Positions 48,918 through 58,477 of a stretch of 64,000 nucleotides of DNA are shown piece by piece. A program made the position numbers and the translations under genes. The first letter of the stretch is position 1, and every line of letters begins with the position of its first letter. Below the pieces are notes generated by a model that had not been told where the DNA came from, ran no database searches, and saw nothing but the letters and a program-made list of their open reading frames with translations. This DNA is from an uncultured Arcobacter sp. (lineage in GTDB: Bacteria > Campylobacterota > Campylobacteria > Campylobacterales > Arcobacteraceae), in assembly GCA_965140705.1 (NCBI GenBank), contig OZ223300.1, positions 1,664,001 through 1,728,000 of the forward strand, read 5' to 3'.

Positions 48918-50073
48918 TAATCTTCTCTAAATCTTCAATAATAGATAAATCATAACTATCATCTTTTTTTGCACTATTTTTCAATATTTTTATTGCTTCA
49001 TCTTTACTATAGGCATTTCTATAAGTTTTATTGGAAGTTAAAGCAGAAAAACTAACAAGTACTTCTAAAAGTCTATCTTTTAGGCTTAAATCTTTGCCTT
49101 TTAAACTAAATGGATAACCTTTACCATTTGGTTTTTCTTGCACTTTAGATGCCCAAGAGGCTATTTCTGAAAAGCCCATAATATTTGATAATACTTTTTT
49201 TGTATAGTATGGATAAGATTTTATCTCTTCATATTCCCAAACTTCTAACTTTGTTTTTTTCTTAAGAATTGAAGAAGGTACACATAATTTTCCAATATCG
49301 CATAAAGATGCAGCAATAAGAAGTGTAAATTTATCTTTATACTCAAAATTATAAAAATCAAGCATTTTTTCTAAATTAATAAGCAATTTGGAATCTATAT
49401 TATCTATCAAATAAAAAGTAGAAGTGATTTTAAATAACTCTTCATATGTTAAAGTAGTTGTAAAATCATGTAAATTAGTAAAAATAAAAAATAATATTTC
49501 ATTTTCATTTTGTAAATCAAGCCAAAAACTAGTTTTTTGAGATATTTTTAAAAATACCTCTGCTAACTCTTTAGAAAAAAGTTCATTTTTACTATTTTCG
49601 ATGAAATTTAAAACACTATTTCTATCTTGAACTTTAATAGTTGAAAGATTAAATCTATTTTCAATAGCAATAGAAATAGATAAAATTTGTGAAAATAGTG
49701 GGATTTTTTGAGCCTTTAGACCAAAAAATCCACTTCCATCATAATATTCATTTTGGTATTTTAAAATATCGTCTTTTTTTCCATCTAAAAAAGGTAAAAC
49801 TTTTACAATATTATTAGATGATTCACAATACTCTTTTGATACATGTGAGATATTAAGTAAACCTATTGAATGAACTAAAGAAAAAGAGCATAAATCACTC
49901 ATCTCTTTTGGATTAAGACCTAACTCTTTTCCTATATTTAAAGCAATATATGCAATTCTTTTTGAATAATTTAGACTATTTGAGTACTTATCTTTTCTCA
50001 AATAATCCAAACTAAAAGATACTGCTAATAAAAAATTGTTAAGATTAAAACTTATTTCTCTTTTTTTATCCAT
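48913..50073 (-). CDS. tandem HD-GYP-like protein, catalytically degenerate
   Basis: EYYDGSG, DIGK and GKGYP present but metal ligands substituted. Confidence 0.8.
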   Translation of the reverse strand: MDKKREISFNLNNFLLAVSFSLDYLRKDKYSNSLNYSKRIAYIALNIGKELGLNPKEMSDLCSFSLVHSIGLLNISHVSKEYCESSNNIVKVLPFLDGKKDDILKYQNEYYDGSGFFGLKAQKIPLFSQILSISIAIENRFNLSTIKVQDRNSVLNFIENSKNELFSKELAEVFLKISQKTSFWLDLQNENEILFFIFTNLHDFTTTLTYEELFKITSTFYLIDNIDSKLLINLEKMLDFYNFEYKDKFTLLIAASLCDIGKLCVPSSILKKKTKLEVWEYEEIKSYPYYTKKVLSNIMGFSEIASWASKVQEKPNGKGYPFSLKGKDLSLKDRLLEVLVSFSALTSNKTYRNAYSKDEAIKILKNSAKKDDSYDLSIIEDLEKIK

Positions 50074-50861
50074 TATTCCTCTTCAAGAAGCTTCGTAATA
50101 GCTTCTAATGAAGTATCTGTCATATCTAAGTCTAAATGCACTCCATTTTTTACCTCTACAAGTTTAGCATCAAGACCTTTTTTTATAGCTAATTTATAAA
50201 AATTTTTTGTAATTTCAGGAGGTGAAATCTTATCATTCTCTCCATAAATCAATATAAACTTAGTTTTTTTACTAACTTTATCGATAACATCAACCATAGA
50301 GATTAATCCAGGTGATTTATCAGTTTGGTGAATATCATATCTACCACCAACTAAAACAGCATTATTTATCAAATTTGGCTCAAGACCTGTAAGAGTTGCA
50401 CCCATCATTGCCCCTGCACTATGCCCAATATATGTTACAGTCTTTGCTTCAAATCTATCTTTTAATTCACTTATTAACTCACCCAAAAACTTTATATATT
50501 CTTCTTTTGCAGCTAAGTTTTTAACACCTTCATGTGCCAAGGCTGTAAAATTATTTGTTGATGAATCTGAATATCCAGGAAGAGCAACAGCAACAGTTGT
50601 AATATCTGTATTGAGAGTAAGTGTTTCAGCAAAAGTAGAATATCTACCCAATGTATTTGTACCATCTGGCCAAGTACCATGAACAATTATATTTAAAAAG
50701 CCTTCTCTATCACCTTTACTTTTAAAATATTGAATACATTCACCTCCAGCAAATATATAATTATCACCTTTTTCTAAACACTCTTCATGACTGACTTTTT
50801 GTGCATGCAAATTTAAAGCTAAAAAAATCAAACTTATAAATATAAAAACTTTATTCTTCAT
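50073..50861 (-). CDS. exported alpha/beta hydrolase
   Basis: Signal peptide, IVHG, nucleophile elbow GHSAG, GEND, GVH. Confidence 0.8.
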   Translation of the reverse strand: MKNKVFIFISLIFLALNLHAQKVSHEECLEKGDNYIFAGGECIQYFKSKGDREGFLNIIVHGTWPDGTNTLGRYSTFAETLTLNTDITTVAVALPGYSDSSTNNFTALAHEGVKNLAAKEEYIKFLGELISELKDRFEAKTVTYIGHSAGAMMGATLTGLEPNLINNAVLVGGRYDIHQTDKSPGLISMVDVIDKVSKKTKFILIYGENDKISPPEITKNFYKLAIKKGLDAKLVEVKNGVHLDLDMTDTSLEAITKLLEEE

Positions 50862-50884
50862 TTTTCCATCCCCCTTTTATTTTA

Positions 50885-51322
50885 TTAATATGCTAGAACT
50901 CCAACATATCCAGAAACTTTTCTTTCAATCAACTCTACAATTCCCGCTTGAACATAACTTATACCATCAATAAAATCATCTTTTGTCCAATGCATACTTT
51001 CCATAGTGTTTTTACAACCTATAAACTCAACATCATATTGCATCAATGATGATATTCTTGTTAATGTTTTTTTATCATAATCCTTTTTTAATGCCCTCAT
51101 TCCATTTCCATATACAACTACTGCTATTTTTACAGTATCACTTGGATACTCTTTTAAAATATTATAAATTCCATTTAAATTATTATTAACAACAGCCAAA
51201 TCAGAATTATATATTTGAAATACTACTTTTCTAGGCTTATCAAAAGTAGGTTGAGGATCACTAAAAGTTGAATTTGCATAAGAAAAAACAGCTAATAGAA
51301 CTACTAAAATAATTTTTTTCAT
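50885..51322 (-). CDS. exported DsrE-family protein
   Basis: Signal peptide, VVVYGNG, FIGCKNTM, AGIVEL. Confidence 0.8.
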   Translation of the reverse strand: MKKIILVVLLAVFSYANSTFSDPQPTFDKPRKVVFQIYNSDLAVVNNNLNGIYNILKEYPSDTVKIAVVVYGNGMRALKKDYDKKTLTRISSLMQYDVEFIGCKNTMESMHWTKDDFIDGISYVQAGIVELIERKVSGYVGVLAY

Positions 51323-51323
51323 A

Positions 51324-51773
51324 TTACTCCTTTATATATACATCAAAATCTATTTTAATTGTACCATTTTTTAATATTTTACAATACAATCCTCTACAAT
51401 CTTTTACAATTTTGGGTAATCGTTTGTGGAAAATACTCAAATGGTCACACATGGTGCATTTTTGCATTATTTGTATTTGACACTCCCCTATTTGCAAAAC
51501 TGTGCCTATGGGTAAAAGATGTGGATTAAAATCAAAAATGATATTTTCGCCTAAACTACCAAACTCTAAATTAACACTATTTTGAAGTGATATTTCATAA
51601 CTATTTAATCCTAAAACCATAACAGTTTTATCCAAATCTTTTTGTGCAAACTTATCATTTTCAATACCAAAATCTTTTATAAGATTTAAACTCTCCACTT
51701 TTGGCCTTGGAGTACTACTTTTTGATTCTTTTGTTGCACTAAAAGTACCAATTACTTTTCCTATTTTCTTCAT
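51324..51773 (-). CDS. MOSC domain protein
   Basis: GIEND, GSLGENI, CTMC, RGLYCKI...GTIK. Confidence 0.85.
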   Translation of the reverse strand: MKKIGKVIGTFSATKESKSSTPRPKVESLNLIKDFGIENDKFAQKDLDKTVMVLGLNSYEISLQNSVNLEFGSLGENIIFDFNPHLLPIGTVLQIGECQIQIMQKCTMCDHLSIFHKRLPKIVKDCRGLYCKILKNGTIKIDFDVYIKE

Positions 51774-52177
51774 TTTTTAATATTCTCATTTAAAATAAAT
51801 ATAAAATCTTTTTTTGTCCAAGCACCTAAATATCTATTTAATATTTTTTTATTCTTTGAGATAAAATAAAAAGTAGGAGTCATTCCTTGAAAATTTTTAT
51901 CTAATTCAAAAGGTAAAGAAGCATGGTCAATATTAACTTCTAAAAATATAAAATTATTATCTATTATATTTTTAACTTCTACTGTTGGAAAAACTTTTTC
52001 TTTCATTATTTCACAATATGGACAATCATCCCTTGAAATAAATACAAGTATCTTTTTATCTAATTTTTTTGCTTCTTTTAAAATCTTATTTTCATCATAA
52101 TTATTTTTGGATATATTTTCTGCTAATAAATTTGAAGTGAATAAAAAAATAAAAAATATCAAAAGTCTAAGTATCAT
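51770..52177 (-). CDS. exported thioredoxin-fold protein (SoxW-like)
   Basis: Signal peptide, CPYC, cis-Pro TPTF; downstream of soxB. Confidence 0.75.
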   Translation of the reverse strand: MILRLLIFFIFLFTSNLLAENISKNNYDENKILKEAKKLDKKILVFISRDDCPYCEIMKEKVFPTVEVKNIIDNNFIFLEVNIDHASLPFELDKNFQGMTPTFYFISKNKKILNRYLGAWTKKDFIFILNENIKK

Positions 52178-52195
52178 TGAACTTCCTAATTTCTT

Positions 52196-52261
52196 AATTT
52201 AAAATAGAGTTCAATAACTCTATTTTAAATTGAGAAAAGTACAGTTAAACTGTACTTTTTC
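52196..52261 (-). terminator. tandem hairpins after soxB
   Basis: AATTTAAAATAGAGTT-CAAT-AACTCTATTTTAAATT and AAAAGTACAGTT-A-AACTGTACTTTT. Confidence 0.6.
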
Positions 52262-52266
52262 AACTT

Positions 52267-54036
52267 TTATGAAACAATTCCAGGATTGCCTTTTATTCCT
52301 ATGATATCTGGAGTATCAATTTTTAAGTTTTTCACATGTTTTACACTATTTAAATATGTTTCAACTGTTTCCCATACTGGTTCACCTGGTGATTTAGCAC
52401 CAACAGTTGACCAACCAGCAACTTGGTACTCTTTACCTGCTTGAAGTTTTTCACCATTTCTTGTAAGTGTAATATCTGAAATTCTATTACCCATTTGGGC
52501 TGTAGGATTGATTTTATAAGAGATTCCACCAGTTCTTACCATATCACCACCTTGTTGATAGAATGGATCTGGATTAAACAAGTTATCAGCAACATCTTCT
52601 AAAATAGCTTTAATATCTTTTCCTGTAATTCCTCTTCTATAAGTTTCTGGATAAGTCATAGCTGTTTGAGTAGCTAAATCATCAAAAGTAATTGCTTGAC
52701 CAGGCATAACAGATGTTCCCCATCTAAATCCAGGAGATAGTGCTATCTCAGCATCTTTTACATCAACTAATGCATCACAAATAATTTGATCCCAAGAACC
52801 ATTAAAATTTCCTCTTCTAAACAGAGTTTCATCAGTAGTTGCAATTTCTCTAGTTAACTCTTTTTTAAATGGAGCTCTTACTTTTTCAATATAATTTTTC
52901 ATCTCTTTATCTTCTGGAATCAAATCAGAAAAAATTGGTAATAAAGTAAATTTGAAATCTTTTATTTTTCCATTTTGAATATCTAAATCTAAGACATTTA
53001 AAAATTTACCATTACTTCCCGCATTACAAACATAAGTTGTACCCTCTTTATTTTTAACAGGAACAGCTTCAGGAACACCATCATGAGTATGTCCACCCAT
53101 AATAAAGTCAATTCCTGTACAAACTTGTGCCATCTTTTTATCTGTATCATAACCATTATGAGACAATACAATTACTGCATCTGGTTTTTCACTCTCTCTG
53201 ATTTCATTAACTAACTCTTGCATTCCATCTCTATTAATTGAAAAAGTCCAATCAGGAATAAATCTTTGTGGATTTGCAATTGTTGTATAAGGGAAAGCTT
53301 GTCCAATAATAGCAACTCTTGAACCACTAATCTCTTTAATTGTATATGGTTTAAAAGCATAACCTTTATCTTCATCATAAGCTTCTGCTGTACCATTAAA
53401 TAAAGCATCTTCTTTTACTTTTACATTTTGAGCAAGAAACTCTGCATTTAATAATTTTACATTTTCTAACACTTCTTTTGCAGTATATGTAAACTCCCAA
53501 TGTCCAACAGCAATATCAACACCAAGTAAATTCATAGCACCAACCATATCTTTACCTCTTGTTTGTAAAGCTGTCCATGAACCTTGCCAAGTATCACCAC
53601 CATCTAATAAAAGAGTCTTATCAGCTCCAAAACTATTTTTTAAAAAGTCAACAACAGTTTTCATTTGAGCAAAACCACCTGTTCTTCCCATAGCTTTTGC
53701 ATTCTTTTCAAAATTAACACATGTGTAAGCATATTCTAATCTTGGATTATCTTTTATTCCATAGTAGTCTAAAAATTTTTCACCTACTATATGTGGAGGT
53801 TTACCTAAATTATCAAAAAAACCAAGATTTACACTTGGTTCTCTAAAATATACAGGTAATAATTGTGCATGACAATCTGTCAAATGAAGAAGCCTAGTAT
53901 TACCAAATGGTTTTAACTTATAATAATCTTCTAACTTATTTGTATTTGTCATTCTTGTGTGAGAATTAGCAAATACAGGAGCAGCACCTAATACTGCCAT
54001 CATATAAACAAATTCTCTTCTACTTAACCTACTCAT
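52267..54036 (-). CDS. soxB: thiosulfohydrolase SoxB
   Basis: Tat signal SRREF, TDCHAQLLPVYFREP, GGDTWQG, GHWEF, GGHTHD, PFYQQGGDMVR. Confidence 0.97.
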   Translation of the reverse strand: MSRLSRREFVYMMAVLGAAPVFANSHTRMTNTNKLEDYYKLKPFGNTRLLHLTDCHAQLLPVYFREPSVNLGFFDNLGKPPHIVGEKFLDYYGIKDNPRLEYAYTCVNFEKNAKAMGRTGGFAQMKTVVDFLKNSFGADKTLLLDGGDTWQGSWTALQTRGKDMVGAMNLLGVDIAVGHWEFTYTAKEVLENVKLLNAEFLAQNVKVKEDALFNGTAEAYDEDKGYAFKPYTIKEISGSRVAIIGQAFPYTTIANPQRFIPDWTFSINRDGMQELVNEIRESEKPDAVIVLSHNGYDTDKKMAQVCTGIDFIMGGHTHDGVPEAVPVKNKEGTTYVCNAGSNGKFLNVLDLDIQNGKIKDFKFTLLPIFSDLIPEDKEMKNYIEKVRAPFKKELTREIATTDETLFRRGNFNGSWDQIICDALVDVKDAEIALSPGFRWGTSVMPGQAITFDDLATQTAMTYPETYRRGITGKDIKAILEDVADNLFNPDPFYQQGGDMVRTGGISYKINPTAQMGNRISDITLTRNGEKLQAGKEYQVAGWSTVGAKSPGEPVWETVETYLNSVKHVKNLKIDTPDIIGIKGNPGIVS

Positions 54037-54060
54037 TTAACCACCCTTTATATATCTATT

Positions 54061-54702
54061 TTATTTACCATCTCCAGCTACAGTAAATCCTAAAGAGGTC
54101 CATGCTTGCATTCCACCCCTGTAGTATTTAATTTTTGAAGCTGGATAACCCATTTTCAATAATGAAAATTTTGCATTTTTTACCATTGCTGGAGTTTGTC
54201 CACACCAATATCCATTACAATATAAAGCTAAAGTTTTTGCCTTAGAAAAATCAAGTGTGCCATCATCTTTTTGCACAACACCCATCTCATCTTCCATCAT
54301 TTCTATTGCAGTATCTTTTTCATTAAAATTCGTATATGGAACATTGATAGCTCCAGGTATTCTTAATCTTACAAACCAACCTGGAGTTCTTGTATCAATA
54401 ATTGCAATACTTTTATCAGTTTGAGCTTTTTTCATATAATCAATAAGTTCTAACTCACCTAATGTCTCTACTCCTTTTGATAAAATCATTGGTTGAGGCA
54501 CCCCATTATCTGTTCTATTATAAAGTGGTGTGATTTTATTTCCAGCAGTTTGATTTCTCATTAAAGTAAATTTTTTACCATTTAAATTCATTTCAATAGA
54601 CTTAACACCTTTTGAAATAGGAACAATCTTTTCCGCAAATACCGAACTTATACACATAGTTGAAACTAGTGTAGCTATAGTTATTTTCTTTAAAACTGTC
54701 AT
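54061..54702 (-). CDS. exported rhodanese-like sulfurtransferase
   Basis: Signal peptide, IDTR, IPGAINVP, active-site YCNGYWC, YRGGMQAW. Confidence 0.88.
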   Translation of the reverse strand: MTVLKKITIATLVSTMCISSVFAEKIVPISKGVKSIEMNLNGKKFTLMRNQTAGNKITPLYNRTDNGVPQPMILSKGVETLGELELIDYMKKAQTDKSIAIIDTRTPGWFVRLRIPGAINVPYTNFNEKDTAIEMMEDEMGVVQKDDGTLDFSKAKTLALYCNGYWCGQTPAMVKNAKFSLLKMGYPASKIKYYRGGMQAWTSLGFTVAGDGK

Positions 54703-54737
54703 ACTAAATCCTTTATTATAATTTAAATGAGAATATT

Positions 54738-54765
54738 AAAAAAAAGTCAAGAAAAACTTGACTTT
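54738..54765 (-). terminator. intrinsic terminator inside the sox cluster
   Basis: AAAGTCAAG-N5-CTTGACTTT followed by a U-run on the minus strand. Confidence 0.6.
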
Positions 54766-54779
54766 AATTTATTTTAGAA

Positions 54780-55211
54780 TTAATATTTTAGTCCATCACC
54801 TGGAACAGCATCTCTCCAAGTTGATTTAGCTTCAACTGAATCCATTAAAGGAACAATTGCAAATCTACAAGCTCTCTCTGCTGCAAATTTTGTATCTAAT
54901 ATAGTTTTAGAAGGTTTTCCTTTAAAATCTTTAGGATTAACTTCTTTTGCACCTGTTTTTATTGCCTCTTGAACTGAAGCAATTAATGCACTATTATTAA
55001 CATCTAACCTTCTAAACTCCAAACCATTTGCTTGAGCAATAGGATTATAAGTAGCAGCTGTTTTAATAACACTTTCTATTCCACTTTTTTCAACACTACA
55101 AACTGTATTTAAATCTAATTTTGTAGCTGTTGCAATACTTGGTTGAGATGTACATCCACCTAATATTGCAGTAATACTTACTGTTGCAATCAATGTTGTT
55201 AATTTTTTCAT
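54780..55211 (-). CDS. lipoprotein after soxA (possible SoxK-like role)
   Basis: Lipobox ILGGC and two further Cys; 12 bp after soxA. Confidence 0.7.
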   Translation of the reverse strand: MKKLTTLIATVSITAILGGCTSQPSIATATKLDLNTVCSVEKSGIESVIKTAATYNPIAQANGLEFRRLDVNNSALIASVQEAIKTGAKEVNPKDFKGKPSKTILDTKFAAERACRFAIVPLMDSVEAKSTWRDAVPGDGLKY

Positions 55212-55223
55212 AGTAATTACCTC

Positions 55224-56150
55224 CTACTTTCTTACATCTGGACCATCAAATTTTATACCATTTGACATATATGACATAAAAAATATTAGATCTTTCATAT
55301 CTTTACTTACATCACTAGGAGGAACTTGTCCTTCATCTTTGATACAACCAGATAATCTTCTTTCTAAAGTTCCTACACCTTTCCATTTTAATCTATAAAC
55401 TGGGAAATGTGAAACTTGACCTAAAAATGGAGATAAGTTCTCATTTCTTACTCTTTTTCCTGAACCTCCAACATGACATTCAGCACAATTTAGTTTTAAA
55501 TAACCTCTTTGTGTATAGTAATATTCTTTACCATTTTCATATGCATCAGCAGCAGCTTGGCTATCAATTTTTACATCAATAACTTTCCCTTCATCTTGAG
55601 CAGATTGTGCCATATAAGCTTGAAGTTTAGCCATATTACCTTTTTTTGTATTCCATGCTTTTTCACCATTTGATGTTAAACATTCATTAACAGCTTGAGT
55701 AATAGTTATAACTTGATTTCTTGCATTATCAAAATATGGGTATTTTGAAAAAGAATCAGGAGTTCCAAAACATGTTGCAAATGATTTACCATTTGCAAAT
55801 GCTTTATTCCATAATGATTCACCAGTATCCACATCGAAATCATAAGGAGGCATCTCTTTTAAATCTTCATATTGAGCTTTCCCATCAATATTATATGAAT
55901 AACTACCTTTTGAGAAATCTTGAAATTTTAAACCTTTTGCGATACCATTTTCTAACTCTTCATCAGTTGCATATGGGAAAAATTCAGCTCTATTTTTTAA
56001 AGGATCTTGAAATTTAGTTTCAAAATATTTAACTAGTGCTACTCTATCTTTTTCAGCTTGTGCAGAAAAGTCTTTTGCATTTAATGTAATATTAAATGCA
56101 CTAACAGTTAAAGCTATCAAAGCTGTAGTCTTTGCAATTTTTAATAACAT
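55224..56150 (-). CDS. soxA: sulfur oxidation cytochrome SoxA
   Basis: CAECH, FPVYRLKW, active-site RRLSGC; first heme site reduced to FATCF. Confidence 0.95.
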   Translation of the reverse strand: MLLKIAKTTALIALTVSAFNITLNAKDFSAQAEKDRVALVKYFETKFQDPLKNRAEFFPYATDEELENGIAKGLKFQDFSKGSYSYNIDGKAQYEDLKEMPPYDFDVDTGESLWNKAFANGKSFATCFGTPDSFSKYPYFDNARNQVITITQAVNECLTSNGEKAWNTKKGNMAKLQAYMAQSAQDEGKVIDVKIDSQAAADAYENGKEYYYTQRGYLKLNCAECHVGGSGKRVRNENLSPFLGQVSHFPVYRLKWKGVGTLERRLSGCIKDEGQVPPSDVSKDMKDLIFFMSYMSNGIKFDGPDVRK

Positions 56151-56190
56151 TTGTATCCCCTTATCTTTTTATATAACTAAAAAATAGTTA

Positions 56191-56490
56191 TTATTTTATC
56201 TTAACAGTTTCAGTGTCAGTATTACCTTTTAAATCAATCCACCAAAAAGTCAAATCATCCCCCGCTTTACCATGAAAAGAAAATTTTACATATGGATTTT
56301 TTGATAAAAACTGACTTGTCGATACTTCATAAACAACTTTCCCATTTGATGTAGCTTTAAAATTAGTAATAAAATTTACCTCTTTTTTTGCTTTTTTTGC
56401 TTCTACATAACTTAACATTTCATGTTTAGCCATAGCTTTTACAGTAACTATACCGTTTTTCTCTTTTGCTTTTATTCTAGTTTTAGCCAT
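56191..56490 (-). CDS. soxZ: SoxZ
   Basis: HEM, FLSKNPY, WIDLKG; follows soxY. Confidence 0.93.
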   Translation of the reverse strand: MAKTRIKAKEKNGIVTVKAMAKHEMLSYVEAKKAKKEVNFITNFKATSNGKVVYEVSTSQFLSKNPYVKFSFHGKAGDDLTFWWIDLKGNTDTETVKIK

Positions 56491-56550
56491 TTTAATTCCT
56501 TTTATCTATATTATATTTTTTAATTTATTATTTGTGTAGTTGGAATTAAA

Positions 56551-57003
56551 TCAACCACCACATCCACCAATAGTTACTTTTACTTCTTTAGAAGCAGAAT
56601 ATAATTTTCCACCTGCTTCTACAACAGCTGTAACAGTTCCAGTTTTAGCTAATTTTATTCTAATTGAATAATCAATAATTCCATTTTCTGGTACAGTAAA
56701 TACAGCAACTGTTGTTTCAGGATTTGCATCTTGGAAAATTGCAACTTTAGAACCAGCTAATTTTGAAGATACAGTTACAGGTATTACAGCTCCATTTTCT
56801 GCAATATCTGGAGCTTTAAGTTTAACTTTACCTTTAGTTGTTGCAGTTGTACCAAAAACCTCTTTGATACCATCTTCTAACTTAACAGCAGTCCATGCCT
56901 TAGGCATTGTTTTTCTAAAATCAACTGCACTTAATGTACTTGGTGCTAAAGAAGCTACTGCAAATGCACCTAACCCTAAACTTAAAAAATTTCTTCTATT
57001 CAT
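56551..57003 (-). CDS. soxY: sulfur carrier SoxY
   Basis: Tat signal RRNFL, APDIAENGAVIPV, C-terminal VKVTIGGCGG. Confidence 0.97.
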   Translation of the reverse strand: MNRRNFLSLGLGAFAVASLAPSTLSAVDFRKTMPKAWTAVKLEDGIKEVFGTTATTKGKVKLKAPDIAENGAVIPVTVSSKLAGSKVAIFQDANPETTVAVFTVPENGIIDYSIRIKLAKTGTVTAVVEAGGKLYSASKEVKVTIGGCGG

Positions 57004-57021
57004 TTTATTTCCTTTTAAATA

Positions 57022-57378
57022 CTAATTAATTGTTTTTAAATAAGCAACTACTGCTTTTATTTGACCATCACTTAGCCAACCAGATTTTCCAAATGCTGGC
57101 ATCGATGTATTAGTTAATCCCCTTGCACTATAAATATCAAATACTGTATCATAAAGAGTTTTGTCATCCCAATAAGCTAAACCACTTAACTTTGGTCCCA
57201 TACTACCAGGTCCATCAATTTTTTTACCATTGACAGCATGACATGCTAAACAATTTCCTAATTTCTTAGTATTAAAGATTTTTTCACCTTGCGCTACTAA
57301 ATCAGCATTAGCAAGTGCACTTGAAGCAAGTACGCCAGTAACAGCTGATGCCATTAAAAAATTTCTAATTAATTTCAT
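57022..57378 (-). CDS. soxX: cytochrome c SoxX
   Basis: GNCLACH, GSMGPKL, SMPAFG. Confidence 0.93.
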   Translation of the reverse strand: MKLIRNFLMASAVTGVLASSALANADLVAQGEKIFNTKKLGNCLACHAVNGKKIDGPGSMGPKLSGLAYWDDKTLYDTVFDIYSARGLTNTSMPAFGKSGWLSDGQIKAVVAYLKTIN

Positions 57379-57388
57379 CTAATCTCCT

Positions 57389-58477
57389 TTATTTACTTGA
57401 GTTAATCATGTAGTCAACAACTGCTTTAAACTCATCATCAGATAAGTCAGTGCCACCTTTTGGAGGCATTGCATTTATTCCATTGATAGCATTTTTATAA
57501 ACAGCATCCTTACCTTTTTTCATAACTGTTGCCCAAGCTTCTTTATCCCCAAACAATGGAGCACCTATTGCTTCATTCCCATGACAAGTACTACAAGAAG
57601 TCTCATAAACAGTTTGTGCAGCAGATTTTTCTTTACCTTCTTCTTTTGGTAAAGACTTTTCTGTCGAAATTGGTGGAACAAAACCTGTAATTTTTTGTTT
57701 TATATGTACAGGTTCAGGTTGTTTACAATTTGACATACATCTCTCTCCTTGCGCCAACGGAGGTCTTTGCTCTTTTAAGTCATGTCTGTCTGGACTTACT
57801 GCATAAAATCCATCCGCATTGTTCATTTTAATACCATTAAAATTATGTTTACCTAAAATAAAATCATCATCCATTTCTTTTCCACTAACTTTAATATCAT
57901 TTACAGATAATAAATAAGCAGTAAGAGCATAAACTTCGTCATTACTTAAACTCTTTGGTGCTGGAAATGGCATAGCTGTTTTTATATACCAAAACAGTGT
58001 ACTAGCATATGGCCAATAAGAACCAATAGTTTTTCTTGGAGCTTCATTTCCTGTTAAACCTAATTGATATTTTAAAGTTCCTACTCCACCTTGTAATGGA
58101 GGATAACCTTTACCCCCTACACCAAAGTCACCATGACAAACAGCACATTTAGAATCATAAAGTTCTTCACCTTCTGAAACTGAGCCCTCACCTTCTGGTA
58201 AATCTATATTATCAGGTTTTATATCAACATTCCATGCTTTTATTTCATTTGCAGTTGGAGTTCTTCCATACTTTGAAAATCCACTTTCATCTTGAGGATT
58301 CACATGATATTTAGTATATTTATTATTAACTATTGGATAAATAACTGAACCATCAACATTTCTTTTTAAAGTGCTAGAATCAGAACTTGGAGTATCTAGT
58401 TCTACACATCCTGTCAATATTACTGCAGTTGCTACGCTTAATCCTATTAATGTTTTTTTAACTTCTAACGTGAACAT
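57389..58477 (-). CDS. soxD: diheme cytochrome SoxD
   Basis: CAVCH and CSTCH, TIGSYWPYA, CMSNC; lipobox-like LTGC. Confidence 0.92.
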   Translation of the reverse strand: MFTLEVKKTLIGLSVATAVILTGCVELDTPSSDSSTLKRNVDGSVIYPIVNNKYTKYHVNPQDESGFSKYGRTPTANEIKAWNVDIKPDNIDLPEGEGSVSEGEELYDSKCAVCHGDFGVGGKGYPPLQGGVGTLKYQLGLTGNEAPRKTIGSYWPYASTLFWYIKTAMPFPAPKSLSNDEVYALTAYLLSVNDIKVSGKEMDDDFILGKHNFNGIKMNNADGFYAVSPDRHDLKEQRPPLAQGERCMSNCKQPEPVHIKQKITGFVPPISTEKSLPKEEGKEKSAAQTVYETSCSTCHGNEAIGAPLFGDKEAWATVMKKGKDAVYKNAINGINAMPPKGGTDLSDDEFKAVVDYMINSSK

